Translations under genes and position numbers: made by a program | The notes under the pieces: model-generated | Databases searched by the model: none | What the model saw: the letters and a program-made list of their open reading frames with translations, nothing else | What the model was told of the DNA's origin: nothing | In this document: positions 12,544 through 25,863 of the stretch, one piece after another | How positions within the stretch are numbered: the stretch's first letter is position 1 | Layout: every line of letters begins with the position of its first letter | Source: Massalongia carnosa | Lineage: Eukaryota | Direction: 5' to 3' | Assembly (NCBI GenBank): GCA_965645245.1 | Contig: OZ287081.1 | Location: 1,488,001-1,552,000 of the forward strand | Length of the DNA stretch: 64,000 bases

Positions 12544-15394
12544 TCACCGTTCCCCACCTTCCCCCATCACGGGATCCTTACCCTTGCCTAATCTCGATTT
12601 CCTTACGTCCAACGGTAACGAGCCTCCCTGGGCGGGCGTGCGAGCCCTCTTCTGCGGACTCGAACTCTGCCCTCGCAGGTCTCCTAGATTAGGATCGCTG
12701 GGCCGATTCTGTAAATGAGTAGACGAAGAAGGGAGGAGGGTAGGAGCTCCTATTCCGGACCGGCCCAGAAGCTGCGAATTACGGTTGCTAGATTCGTGCC
12801 AGCTACTGAAATCCCTACTGCTCCAGCTGGCACGATGAACGCGTGCCCCAAAAGGGACGTTGCTGTGCGAAATTTGCGATTGGACGCTGCCAGCGCGACT
12901 GGCGCGGTTGGTGGCAGGCCCAGCAACGGAGATGCGAGAACTCATTGGGTCGTGGGCCTCGCTGACCACATCGTCGTCTTCAATTTTAGGACAGCGACGG
13001 ACAGAGCCGACGGTGAAATATGGTTCTTTGGGTTCCTCGGGGATTGGGGGAGGTGGCGGGGGGAGGTCGGTGGCGGCTTTCTCCATGTGTGCAAAATATT
13101 TTTGGCGATACGTTACCCACTTGCGCGGATGAAATTCCTCTCGATTGCGGCACACAGACATGTAGCTTGATATTGCCCCAATCACGATAGCGATCATGAG
13201 GACAATGGTGAGAATGCCCTGAATGACAATGATCACCACGCCAATGACGGTTGTCGTAATGCGCGGTAAATTAAACCGTGTATCGAATGCTGCCGATAGA
13301 GCAACACTTGCAACTTTGCTGAATCCGAGCATGTAGACCATTAGGGCATTAAGACGAGCTCCTTCAAATGGCCTCATCCGTACAATGATGACGAGAGCCA
13401 GGAATTCTACCACAAGTAGCCCAAAAACTTGCGTCATCGGGTGGCCTGCAGCTCCTCCATAGAAACATGCGCGTACGAACTCGTAAGTCAACCACACGGC
13501 GAAAAACCACCATCTTGTTCTGCGAAATCGGGCGGATAGCCATCCAAATCGCTTTACATAATCTTCATCCTCATGGACGGCCGTTCTCTCCGGCCCATCT
13601 TCGACGTATTGAATCCTCCACCACGGCAACGAGGCAATCGACGCCCTAACATCCGACTTTTCAGACCTGCGACTCTCAAGCTCAAAAGAGAACCATGGTA
13701 TCAATCCCAGGGCCTTGGACTTTACAAGTTGCGCTCTGTCAAGGGCGGTCCGGAACCGCCCAAAACGAAGTCGGTAGAAGCACGCATACGCTGCAATGCT
13801 CGACATCCCGATGAAAAATACCAGGAACACGACCACTGCTAACGCAGTTACACCGGCTGATCCCTTATAGGTAAATTGAAACATGGTGAGGAGTATGGTC
13901 ATGAAGAATCCGATGAGCAATGTCCGAAGAACAGCCAGTAGGGTAAACTGAGCCCAGTGTGCTCTAAAGTACGAAAGACGATCTTTCTTTACCACGTGGA
14001 TCTGGCTTAGCGCCTCCAAGGACCACTTCAGTGCCACTACAACGCTGGCGATGAGCACCAAGAGAATCAAGAACCAGAGAAATCCTGTAATAAAGGCATT
14101 GGAAGCTGGAATATTCTCCTCCGCCAGCGTACCCGGAAAGCCAGAGAAGTTTCCGGGTAGAGGGATGCCCGGCTTAACGGGATACCCATACCATGAATAG
14201 CCTGATGTGGAGTTTGCCAAAGATCTTTTAGCCAGACTTTCCTCCAAGACATCCGATCTCAGCATCTGAATAGCGTCGCCTATTTGACTGCCATCTCGGC
14301 TGAAGATATTGAGGTATGATCTTTTGTAAATCTGAGAGATGGAATACCCTCCTCCAAGGTTTTCAGCTGTGGAGCCTGTACCGGCGGCTCCAACAATGCT
14401 GGTGTTTCCCTTATTACTTCCAATTAACTGATTAATACTATTTTGCATCGACTTGCTATAGATCATCCCGCTGCTCCAGGCATAGTTGCTCCAGAATGCG
14501 ACCAAGACGCTGGGCCAATTCATCGACAACGCCCCAGTAAAATAAATATGATGAAAGACCGAGAACACCACCAACACCGAGAGAGAGTGGGCGTAATGGG
14601 TACGTGTCGTTGGAACATGGTGACCGTATACTGCAGTGGCGAAAGATGCTACCAGCGATACCAACGCGAAAAGGCCTAAAACGGTCCCAACAGCTGACGG
14701 GTGGGAGAATGTTGCCCCATTTGTAACTACGGCGGAGTAACATCCCACCTCCGATTGCGTTGCGTTTGAGAATATTCGGAGGATCGCTTGTCCTTCAAAA
14801 TCGGGAATGGTAAGGGCAAGAGGAGGGATTCCGTTGACGTCCGATTGGGAAACTGGAATGATACCGTTGGCTTCGATAGGAACACTCGCATTCATGGGAC
14901 AGAGGCTACGTCATGTTAATATCATATATGTCGTTAGGAAGATGGTGACATACCTGTAGATCTGGGCGTTGCATGGGTTGAAGGTAAGGTCAAATCGAGC
15001 TTCTCCATAGGCAAAGACGCCAATGTATACTGGCTGTTGTTAGCCATCACCCCAGCATATTCGCAAACGATATTCACATACGCATTAAGCTCTCATTCGC
15101 AACGGCTGTGTTTCCCTCCAGGTGGAACAGCACCGTCATATTATCCTTGTAGTAAGCGGCATCGAACCGGGTCACGTTGATCGAGGAGCTGCCCAGGCAG
15201 TCGCCGAAGTTTTGCGTGTATAGCGCAGGTTTCCTATCATCGGCCAAGTATAAAACTTCCTCACTCTCCGTTGTATATTGAACATATTGCTTGTCGGCCG
15301 CAAGGGTGGAATGTATGAGCGAAAGGAACGGCACTAAGAACAGCCAAACGCCGAGCCATGATGCATCGCTAAAAAGTAATAGTGAATGACGCAT
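12544..15394 (-). CDS. FLC/TRP-like (PKD2-type) membrane protein with ML-like N-terminal domain, multi-exon
   Basis: Signal peptide, then LYTQNFGDCLGSSSINVTRFDAAYY (TRP_N/ML-like), TGALSMNWPSVLVAFWSNYAW and FGWLSARFRRTRWWFF with multiple TM helices. Two introns lie between 14908 and 15080. Confidence 0.85.
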
Positions 15395-17247
15395 GATTAT
15401 GTGTTAAGTACCTGTGTACGAAGTGTTCTGTGCAACTGTGAGAGAGCGGGCTCCCCTCCCAGCCAGAGGGAGCGGAAGGTATTAAGCTGGATCTGTGTTG
15501 CTTGAACCAGGAATCGAGGTGGCCGACAAGCGTAGTGGTGTTGAGTGGTTCGCCCAGCCTCCGGGCGATTACGACCAAACTACCGGAGCTGAATGTAACC
15601 GGCAGCGTCAAGCAGAACAAAGGGGCGGACCATGCTTTATTAATAAATTTCTGTCATAGCAGTGGACTTGTGAGCGTAACGATTGACAAAGAAGGTGAAG
15701 GAGGACCGGAAAGGAGGAATTTGTGGTCTGGATGATGATACGGAGTATGTCTACAAGCATACATTACTCGTATTGTTAGTTGTTCGTTGTTACTCAATCA
15801 GAGCTGAAAGTACTGTGTACGTAACCACAAAGAACCGGCAGGTATTGTACAAGGTACCTCCAACGCTAAAGGCTAGGCGGGTAAGATACCGAGTAACTAA
15901 CTACCCTAGATACTCTTTACAGGGAACAGGAGTACCTGCTCGTGCTACTCAATTTAATCAGACAGAAAATCTTGAAATTCGGGAGACGGACAAACCCGCT
16001 AAGCCTAACCGGGCCATCTCTGGTTGAATGTGGAATTTCAGGATTCACCGCCCGCATTGACGTTATTCGCCCTGCGTCATTGACTACAGTATCATTCACG
16101 GCGTAGCAGGTACAAAACTTTATCGAAACTTGACTTATGCAGAGTGTTCTTTAGATGTCTTCATTCCGTATCAATACAGAAAAAGAGTTGGTTAAAAGAT
16201 GTCAAGCACAAAGGCTGTACTCTATGTTCTGCACTCTGCACACTTTGTACATACTCGGTTTACTCGAGAAGAAATCTGTGTGTAATCGTCTCCTGCAGAT
16301 TCCCCAAACAGGTACATATACAAAACCGGCCAACCGCATTTCCCTGCCTGGCAATTCCCCGACGGCTCACGGATTCTGCGATTGTCCGCCGACTTCCGCT
16401 CGGCCTTTTGAGACGGGAAAGCGGCCGAATTGGGAAGTAGTAAGGTAGGTACGAGTACTCTGTACATCTCTGTACATCAGATCGTGGCCTGTCGGGGTAT
16501 CAACCTGTCTTCCCTAAGTACCTAAGTCTTTCCTCAAATGCCGTGGTCATGGAAGGGCAGGTTATCATATATTCTATGAGGTTCGAAGGGCGAGATGAGA
16601 TGTTCAGAAGGGAAAAAAGGAGAGGATGGGTGTTACAAGAGCTGCTGGAGGAAGGCTGTACGGTACTCGTTCGACCAAGTTCTAGGTATCTACAATGGTC
16701 TCCAGATGGCCATATTCATGAAGTAGAAGTGAGTGTCATTGGTCCGGTGTGCCGCGTGACAATGAAAACTTGTTTGCAATGAGTCTCAGCAACACCCTGC
16801 GGCAGCTGATTTGTCCAAATCCCTGAATCCGACCTGGGTATCTCCCTCGCCAGAAGCACTCGCCCAAACCAATGACGAAGAAACCGAGAAGGAGTACGGA
16901 GAAATCCGTTACCACAACACCATTGCGCCTACTTTACAAATAACAGGAACTACACCTCACCGCCCATCGCACGTGCAACATCACGCAAAGGTCTACCTTG
17001 CGTAGGTCTTTCTTGTACGGCGAAGGAGTGCGGCTTGCACGGTTGAAGCTCGGGATTGAACCGTCGCTGGGCTGTGAGCAATGATTGATAATACAACGTG
17101 ACAGGGAGAAACAGAAGGACCCCAGGCGCCTAACAGGATTTAATAATGATAGCGATAACGTAGAGCTAAGTTATGTATTTCCCTCGGCCTGGTGGTGTCA
17201 GCGTGTTACCCTTCAGTTAAACCGACGAGGCACACCGGAGGAAGGCT

Positions 17248-19206
17248 TCACATGGTCGGAGCGAAATGAAATATAAACTTGGGCGTCTCGCCTTGGGCGC
17301 TTTGCAAGAAAACCTCTAACTCGTCATCGTGGTCGATCGTCACCGAATTCATGTTTCGTGTGAAGGCTTCAATCTTGACAATTTGTACCCCGGCATTTGC
17401 GAACTGGGAGAGTGCAAGGCTGTGGATAGCATGAAGTGTTGGTGGATTTGGAACCGCACTCATCCAGATGCGAGGTTGGAGGCGTTCAGGTGATGTGTTG
17501 GAGACCCGAAACCAGGCAGTGCTGCTGGCAGGTACTGGCTGAGAGTGATATGTCAATGCAGGATGGCCGCCTGTATACCGGAGCAGAGAAGGATCGATTT
17601 CAATACCATAGGGATGATCCGAATAAGCCTGAGCGAGCATGGTCGAAGGAGTCGGAGCGGTTGGCGGATCTTGAGAAGCAATTGAGTCGAAACCGTTGCG
17701 CGGGTGGTACCCATTACTACTGGTGATTGGATCGATGAAAGATTGTTCATTGCCCAAAGAAAGCTCATTATTAGACGATAGCTTACTATCCGAATAGTTA
17801 GCAACATGGGCATCCATGTTGTTTTCCGACTGGCTGTGACTCGAGACAGCTTTTAGGTTCTTTGCCTTCTTCGTTTGGTCATCTCGAAGGCGTTTCATAA
17901 CATCCCGACACAGAACTTCCAATGCTTTCCGCTTGCTATTCAATTCTCTTTCCCCGTCAACCGATCCATCAGAGACTAAGATCTCCTGGAGGACAGCGGA
18001 GTTGGCAATCAAGTTTCGTTTAAGATCGTTCCAGTGCTCAGGGCCTGCCTCGATCTTGCTTGTAAAGTGATCGGCGAGCAGGATCTGATAAAATTGCTTC
18101 CGGATCATGCTACCTTGAGCGGGATTGATACCCATAGCGGATTTGGCATCAGGTATGGTGACTCGACTTCTGGAGGTCCGAATCTTCTTTGTCACGTCGC
18201 CGCAGATTATATCAAGCGCCATACGACGTTTCTTTAGCACCTCTTCCCCCCCATCTACCCCGCTCGCGACGTTAAGGGTAGTCTGGAGGAATGGAAACCG
18301 CTTGGCAAGCTCATCTTTCGAATTCTGCCATCTTTCTGCGCCCGCCAGCGTCTTCTTGGTGATACCTTGCCTCTCACAGATGGCCTGAAACTCGTTTCTC
18401 ATGAGGATATATGTCTCCTTCGTAAGACCCAACTGCTCCTTGCTCTGGGATATCGTCATCTCCGATGGAAACCGAGGCTCCATTGGTGGATCCGGTCCCA
18501 TTCCTGCATAGCCTTGAATCCGTACACGCCGAGTCCTGTTTCTCAATCGTTCGTCGCTCTCGGCTTGAAGGATTGCATTTCTGACCTTCCTCTTTGCAAC
18601 GACCTCGGGGGCGAGGTCCGGAACTTCAAATGCTTCATCATCCTCGTTCGATCGTTTCCTGGGTGTGCAGCTTTGTGGCTTCATGCCATTTGTTGACCTT
18701 AATGTCCAACCATTGTCCTTGCGAATCTTCGACAAAGCGCGTTCGGTCAGAGCATACCCTTCTCTTTGGAGGATTTGCATTATGTCTTTCTGAGAGGTGT
18801 TCACGCTCCATAATTCTCCAACTCTAGCCACCAGATCTTGGTCTCCTTGACCGGAATTCTGCTTGGAAGGAAAGCGCCATTTTTGTGAGAATTGCGATTG
18901 GAAAGCCCGCTTGCTGTAAAGTTATACCTTGGTGGTCAGCCGCGTTACCTAGGATTCGCGTAGGTGAAGTAATGGAAACGGCTACAGGGATGGGATTTAA
19001 GTGAAGGGAAAAGGCGGCCGTATAAAGAATTGTCACCATACATAAGGTAGTCAAGGTAGTCTGCCGTAGGAAGAAAAAAGCGATACATGCCTTGGGGTGA
19101 AGTCTCGCGTTACTTTGAAGAATTCCATTATCTCCTCGAGCGATTTCTTTTCCTCGATGTACATCTTGTAGCAAATTTCCTCCTTATCATCCCAGTCGTA
19201 AACCAT
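17248..19206 (-). CDS. Clr5-domain protein, 2 exons joined by a GC-AG intron
   Basis: Exon 1 (19206-19091) encodes MVYDWDDKEEICYKMYIEEKKSLEEIMEFF...FTP. Removing 19090-18914 gives PSKRAFQSQFSQKWRFPSKQ, in frame with the 527-aa ORF. Confidence 0.8.
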
Positions 19207-20089
19207 CCTTCCCGTTCGATCTGCAGAACTCGTTCTCGTTGTATTTTCGCCCTTGGCCACGGTACGGTAGAGTTGCTGACGGAGATGGTTCACCGTAGAG
19301 CGCGCCGTAGATGTGTCCGCTGGATAATTGGTCGCCTACGTGATTTCGATTGATGTGATAAACTTAGCTCAAGAGGATAATTAAGGCGGGATTAGGAGTG
19401 AGAGAGCTTTTGCATTCACATAACCCTGGATACGAGCACGATCGTGATCTTGCCTAGATCTCTAAAGGCACGTGAGCTCCAAGAGGCAATGAAATGATCT
19501 CAAAGTGCTGTTGATGAAGGCGGCTCCCAAGGACCGGGTTCCCGAGTCCATCATGTCCGAGGACTGGGCCACAGGAAAGCCTTAACTAGCCACACTTTAT
19601 ACGGATCGGCGGGAGTATCTATTTCGAGAGTGAAGTGGGATGATGTTCTCTGTACGGAGTACTTTGTACATAAAAATCAGTTTAGATGGAGCAACGAGGC
19701 TTAGGATAGAGGAAAGTGACGATTTCGGAGTGTTAAAAGATGTGGATTCCATGAATGTTGGAAAGGTGATGTTTGTTGACATTCCCCTGGAAAACGATGT
19801 GCCATCATTAGGTAAGGAAAACATCACTCAGTCACAAGATATCAACAAATCCAATACAGAGTAACTAAACTCAATGGCATCGATTCTCACAGCGCATGCC
19901 ACTGCTGGCGAAAGGATCAAGGACAATCATGCGTCCCTTGAAAGCGTGTATTCAAGCCTTAACCTCATCAAGCCGCGCCCCAACACCTCGCTAAATGAAT
20001 CGAGTTGCTTTCCTAGCTACGTATTTCCTCCAGGTAACGTAAAACGCCGTGAACCACTCCTTGCTTGGCCAGCATTCCTGCTCTTTCCC

Positions 20090-21553
20090 TTATGTTGATG
20101 ATCCCCCCATCTTGCGCTTCAACTTGAGCCACACAGTCTTGAACTTAAACCAGAAAAGCGACCATTGGCTTTGAACGGCCTTTCCTGCCAACCCCGCTTT
20201 CTCTGTTGGTCGGCGACGTGGTGGTCCTGGCCTAGCGAGAACTTCCTCCATGAACGGTGGAGAATGATCCTGTGTGCCGAGAGATGCAACACCGGACTTC
20301 TCGCTGGTTGTGTTGCTCTTTGCCCTCTTTCGCTCCTTGCTCTCAAGTTTGCCTCTCTCCTCCTGCTCACGCTTCTCCTTTCGTTTTGCCTCCTTTTCAA
20401 GCGCCCGTGCCTCTGCTTGCTGAAATTTGAGGTCCTTAGCAGCCTCCTTCTCGTTGAACTTCTGGCGAAGCGCCTGCACTGTGGCTGCTTGCGTCTCGGG
20501 GTCCATCTGAGTATTTGCACGACTACGTTTCCGAAACGAGCTTTCGAACGACGAACGTGCAGTGTGGGGCATGATGTCGGGGGTATCGATGGTCTCAGCC
20601 TGGCGGCGTAGCGAGGATGGTGTCCCGGGAAGATTGGTTTGAGATGTGCTGGTAAGGTGTGAAAATGAACCTGATCCAAGACGTAAAGATGGAGGTATTC
20701 GACGTGCTGAAGGAAGTGGAGCGTAGGAATGGGGAGCGTCGAGTGGTGATTCAAAGTGGTTCCCTTCACTCGACGCTCTGATCGGCGCGGGTGCAGATAG
20801 TTCACTATCAAGTGAATTATGGTATGAAGCTGCTAAGATGGGGGTGTATGGTCGTGGTGTTTGACGCATAGGATGAACGTAGTGGGTGCCATATCGGTGA
20901 TTGCTGGAAGTTGTGTTGGTTGAGATCTGGGAAGTGCCGCTTGTAGTCCGGTGATGATATCCGCGATTGTCGATAGAACCATACCTTAAGTCCGGGTAGG
21001 GAGTGCCGCCACTAATCTCAGATGAATGATATATTCCCAGACCTTCATTCTCCGCCGCTGAACGAGATAAGTCAATTGATGTCTGTTCCTGTGACGACAA
21101 TTTACGCAGAAATGGCTTAATCATGCCTTTTGTCTTCGAGACAGAACTGGAAGACGGCGAAGAGTACTGATCAGAGAATATGGCCAGAGCCGTCGAGACG
21201 TCTTGGAGTCCTATACCGGATGGGTTTTGAGCATCAAGAGCTGTTAACTCGGGACCTTGGCCTGATGAAGTCGAGGTTCCACGCTTGTGCAGCCTACCGT
21301 GGCTTGAAGTCTTCCTAGCAGCAGCCAGCGCACCATGACTGGGCGATGACTTAATCTTCACCAGCCGTGAGGCTTGAGGGGTCTTTGGCGATATTGTTCC
21401 ACCACGTCTAGAATTCCATGTTTGCCCAGAGTCACCAAACAATCTAGACGGAGGATAAGATGTCCTTGCCTGAGGCGCGGGCAAGGAGGTCTGCGAGGAC
21501 AGACTGCTACCGGTATACTGCGAGGGAGTGTGGTCTTCGAAGGGCCTTGCCAT
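20090..21553 (-). CDS. Hypothetical Ser-rich protein with C-terminal coiled coil (487 aa)
   Basis: Long ATG-initiated single ORF containing YVHPMRQTPRPYTP and a basic/Trp-rich C-terminus. Function not recognisable. Confidence 0.75.
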   Translation of the reverse strand: MARPFEDHTPSQYTGSSLSSQTSLPAPQARTSYPPSRLFGDSGQTWNSRRGGTISPKTPQASRLVKIKSSPSHGALAAARKTSSHGRLHKRGTSTSSGQGPELTALDAQNPSGIGLQDVSTALAIFSDQYSSPSSSSVSKTKGMIKPFLRKLSSQEQTSIDLSRSAAENEGLGIYHSSEISGGTPYPDLRYGSIDNRGYHHRTTSGTSQISTNTTSSNHRYGTHYVHPMRQTPRPYTPILAASYHNSLDSELSAPAPIRASSEGNHFESPLDAPHSYAPLPSARRIPPSLRLGSGSFSHLTSTSQTNLPGTPSSLRRQAETIDTPDIMPHTARSSFESSFRKRSRANTQMDPETQAATVQALRQKFNEKEAAKDLKFQQAEARALEKEAKRKEKREQEERGKLESKERKRAKSNTTSEKSGVASLGTQDHSPPFMEEVLARPGPPRRRPTEKAGLAGKAVQSQWSLFWFKFKTVWLKLKRKMGGSST

Positions 21554-24500
21554 TCTGACTACTTACACAGCATCAGCGCTGGAGCAGGATAGATCAGAAT
21601 CGCATCGCTAAAATGAGTGAGGTTGTTGACATCACTAGGACAGGCATTGCCAGGTATGAGGGTCAGAAGATCCTTGTTATAGACCATTAGCCACAAGGCT
21701 ATGTCTCCTCAATAACTGTATATGTTAGAGAGGCGAAGATGCCAGATTATGGCCCCCGACTGCAGATACAAGGATGAAACCGAGGAACGCCGCAAGTTAA
21801 TGACGATTAAGGCAAAAGGGGCTTACAGGCTACCACGGCTAGGTGGCCAATCAATCAATGAAAAATCAATTCGTCATCTCTTCACAATACATTTATCACG
21901 CTTAGGACTAGAAAGTTCTAGGAATCCTTCATAATTTACATAGTACTCTATACAGTCAACCTATTTCCAGTTCGGCTTTGCATCTGATCTTGTTGCAGAA
22001 AGATACAATCGAATAAAGTTTATTCCAAATAAGGGGTCAAAAGGTCAAGATTGCGCAAACCATGTATCCTACCTTGGATACTGCTATCCGCAATGCTCTC
22101 CATTGAGAAATCTTATCACCAGCTTTAACAACCGATTGCTCCGCCATTCTGAGTAACATGAAAATTTGGGATGTGGCAAGAAATCGTCAGCGAACTTGAC
22201 TTTCCGGATCCATGGTTTTGCTTTCAATAAAAAACGGAATCTTATTTTCTCCAGCATGTACTAGAATCTGGATATAGAAGACTTAACCTCGAATTATGAA
22301 TTTTTTATTCCTTGCTCTAAGCTTCTAATCCCACGACTTCAGCGTTACAGAGCGACAGCGCCAATCGATGCTAACTAGGTAACTAACTTTCGTAATCAAG
22401 TACAGTTGAAGGAAACTAAAGAACATATCAAACTAAAAGAGGGCTTTCTCACTCCCCGAGAAAACTCTAACTAAACTTTGTTTAAAAGGATAGTCAGAAC
22501 CTTGGTACAAATTGGGCCTGTTCAACGCTCCCTACTATGTTTATCAAGTTTATCTTTTTCCCGGATTCCAGTACATTATTCGACGATAAGCAACCCAATA
22601 TTTCACCTCGGTTTTTACCGATACTCACTCACGTAGACTTTCCTAATACTTATATGCCCAATCTCGATCAAATTTTCTTTCATTTTCTTTCATTCTGAGT
22701 TACACGTTACAAAGAAACTGTCCCTGGCCACCACCAGACAGATCAACTGTTTCACTGCGGAATGGGCTCTCGTAACGACAAGAATTCACCTAAACCAGCT
22801 ACACCGAAAACGTTGTATCACTTCATGATACTAATATACTCCTTATATTATGCAATGAAAGCTGTAGTATCAAGACGTGGATTCCCGCCTTCCGGTCTTT
22901 TCTTGTCCAAGCCCAGCCATATAAAAAATCAACCTACAAACAGACCACAACCCTCTTAAAAAGAGCCAGCCAACATCCACTCAAACCAGACTGTTGACAA
23001 CCCCCAAATCCATTCGTGGATCCCATCCATCTATTTCCCCACCCAGTTCATGCATGCATAGCTGAAGACAAAATACCCTTCATCCCCGTTACGAAATCTT
23101 CCAAAAGTGTGCATAGGGACCTTTTCCTTTATACGTAGCCAGAAAATTACAGCGTAATCCCCCCTTTCTCCCCCAAACTCAATACTCGTAAAATGAAATA
23201 TGTGATACCTATATCAAAACAGCAAATAGTGAATAAGGGGAAGGATACCGAAGCCCGTGGACGATGCGAAATGTATCGCTACCTCATTGTACGACACAAC
23301 TAAAATTCAAACCATTTAGGGCCCCTTGTGTGTTCAGTCATTCAATTAAAGAGTTAAGGCTAGGGTTGGTTAGGCAGCTGAGTAGCTGAGCAGTGTATAT
23401 CCTGAATAGCAATCGCTTTGTTTTTTGCTTTATATAGCAATGCCTGCGTGTAACACCTAACCCCGCACGTTCCACAGGACAAAACCTATCCTCATCCAAC
23501 CCAATAGATACCTCCATCTCCATGCGTGAATATCTTCTCCGGATTAAAGTCTTGGGAGTACTCGTAGCAAGCCGGAATTACACCCCTTCCACACCGGCAG
23601 TCCCTAATTTCAGGAGTCGGACTGGTAGCTTCGATTACCAATCAAATTTACTGGGCGAGGAGCCTTAGGTAGATGCGCTCTTGATCATCGAATATGACAG
23701 ACAAGGAAAGCACACAAACTGGCTTCGTCGATGTCTCGGATGATCTCGTGCTATGTATATTGAGTTATTCCGGACCACCCAGGTGAGAGAGAACCTTTGC
23801 GTTTTGGGTCGTTGAGACATTGAAGGAAGTGAATGGTTTATGCCACGCCATTCTACCTTCAGAAGCTTCTCTCCTCTGCCCTAGTATTTACGATAGTTAA
23901 TCTGCAACAGAAAGATGTACGCAGGCAGTCGTGCTGCAATATAGAACGAGTACGTTGTTTTGGGATACGGCGACAACTCCGGGAGGACTCTTAGAAGATC
24001 AAAAGAATGTTCCCATATATATTAGGGCTGGAACAGGAGAATACGAAAGTGAATTCACACACAGAGAATGTTGGACTAGAAGACCGAAGCGTATTGGCGA
24101 GGCAACCATAACGCATTCCCAGGTCCCGTGAAGCTGGCTTAGAATGACTCCTTCGAGCACTGGATCTTTTGGATTTCCCCAATAGGGTCTCCCGCTAATC
24201 TCCTCCAGGCTTTTGCGGTGTTGGCAGCTTGACTGAGCAATTGAGGGGTTGGTTAACTTCACACTCCAACAGGTCCAAAGGCCTGCGAAGACAGAGAACA
24301 CCAACAACACTATTTCCAAAATCCTGAGTTGCTCAGCCGAGGGAGATGGGTTGCGAAAGTGAAATGAAATGAAACGAAACGGCAAAACAAGAGCAATATA
24401 TAAAACTTACGGTACGTAGTAGCTCGTGCATGGACACCAGCGCGAATTCAAGTATCTAAAGCCTTGAAGGGTTTCGTTTCACCCTTCGCGCTTGCGAAAC

Positions 24501-25059
24501 ACAGTGCGGCTGGTTTTTGCTGGCCAGTGCACCCAGTTTTCGGAGCAGAGGTTTCTGTTATGTATCTTACGCACTTTTGGGTGGCACTGACGTTCCCTGG
24601 GGTCGTATGTAGAGGATTATGAAGCTCAGAGTGGATGTTGCTGGTTCTGGAGGTCAGGGCTATTAATTTCTCGCTTGTTGGTACTTGATGCTCGTTGTCC
24701 AGTGTTGAATACAGTTTTTTTAAATGCAAAGTGGTGAGATTGTGATCGCTTGATTACTGATGGAAGTAGATACGGATGTTGGTTTTCAACAGGTTATGAG
24801 TCACTAGGTATCCCCACATGAGTTTTTAGAGGTAGCTGAAACCGCCGACTTTCCGTAGTCTCCATCCTTATTTTTTGCCAAAACGGCCAAAATGGGTTGC
24901 AAGAAATGCGTAAGACTCAAAATAGGTACTTACCACATGCTGTACGAGATGTCTTATGAAGCAACCTGGTAACAGCCCTTAGCCATAACCTCCAATTCCC
25001 CCCCCCCTAAGTATTCAAGGTATTCCAGAGCAACCTTATGGAGAATATCGCAAGCCTAT

Positions 25060-25863
25060 TTACCAACTACGACGTTTCTTCGCCTTTCGACCATTCAGCA
25101 AATTAGCATCCAGGCCGTGGAACGGGTCTGAGTTTCCTGGAATATTAGGATCTGCGCCCTGTGGTATGGTGTCCGTTAGGTACATGTTGTTAGTTGGAAA
25201 ATTACTTTCCGCGAGGTCGGTAACTTGTTCCAGGCCATCTACTGCTGCTGCTACTTCTTGCACCATCGGTCCCCCCTGATTATTTCCTTGGTCCCCACTG
25301 TTCGGCTCCCCCTTCGAGTGCGGGGGCAGTAGTGGTTCATCTTGAAAATAAACAAAACACTGTACCTCATCGCCGTTCCCTGGACAGTAGCGGTTCGATG
25401 GGGTGTTTCTGAGCAAACGTCAGATCAGTTGTGGGCTGTTGATTGGAGGACCCGAAAGACCATACGAGACCATTCTTCCTAGCTTAAGTGGATTTCGGGT
25501 AGTACAGAGACTTTTCTCAAACGGATGCGCGCATGGAATCCGAGTGCAACAGGAAAGAATGCCTTGACGAGGGTTGAGCCACACCTCGACTGATGATAAA
25601 CGATTCAGTGATGCAGTTACCACGAAGTATGCAATCAAACCGAACCAGGAGCATTTCATACATGGATTGATCCATTTTTCATAAAGCCCCACCCCGGGTG
25701 CGCAATCGAGTACGAACACAAAGATGCCATGGCGCTGGTTCTCGTCAAAGCCTCTTATCTCGGCCTCGTGTTTGTCCAGCTCACAGCTTGTGCCGGCCAA
25801 ATCCAAGGCGTGCACCACTGTAGAGCCAAGAAAAAGGGCTTTCCAAAGAAATGATAACCGCAT
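25060..25863 (-). CDS. Putative small secreted Cys-rich protein (~224 aa), 3 exons
   Basis: Signal-peptide-like start MRLSFLWKALFLGSTVVHA. Intron 25465-25409 (GTATGG...CTGAC...CAG) joins two ORFs in frame, and 25661-25590 is a probable in-frame intron. Eight Cys lie in the N-terminal half. Confidence 0.6.

Noticed and set aside
23999..24385. 128-aa minus-strand ORF with a hydrophobic stretch
   Set aside because: Non-ATG start, no family signature and no splice support; it may be a gene fragment but is unsupported.
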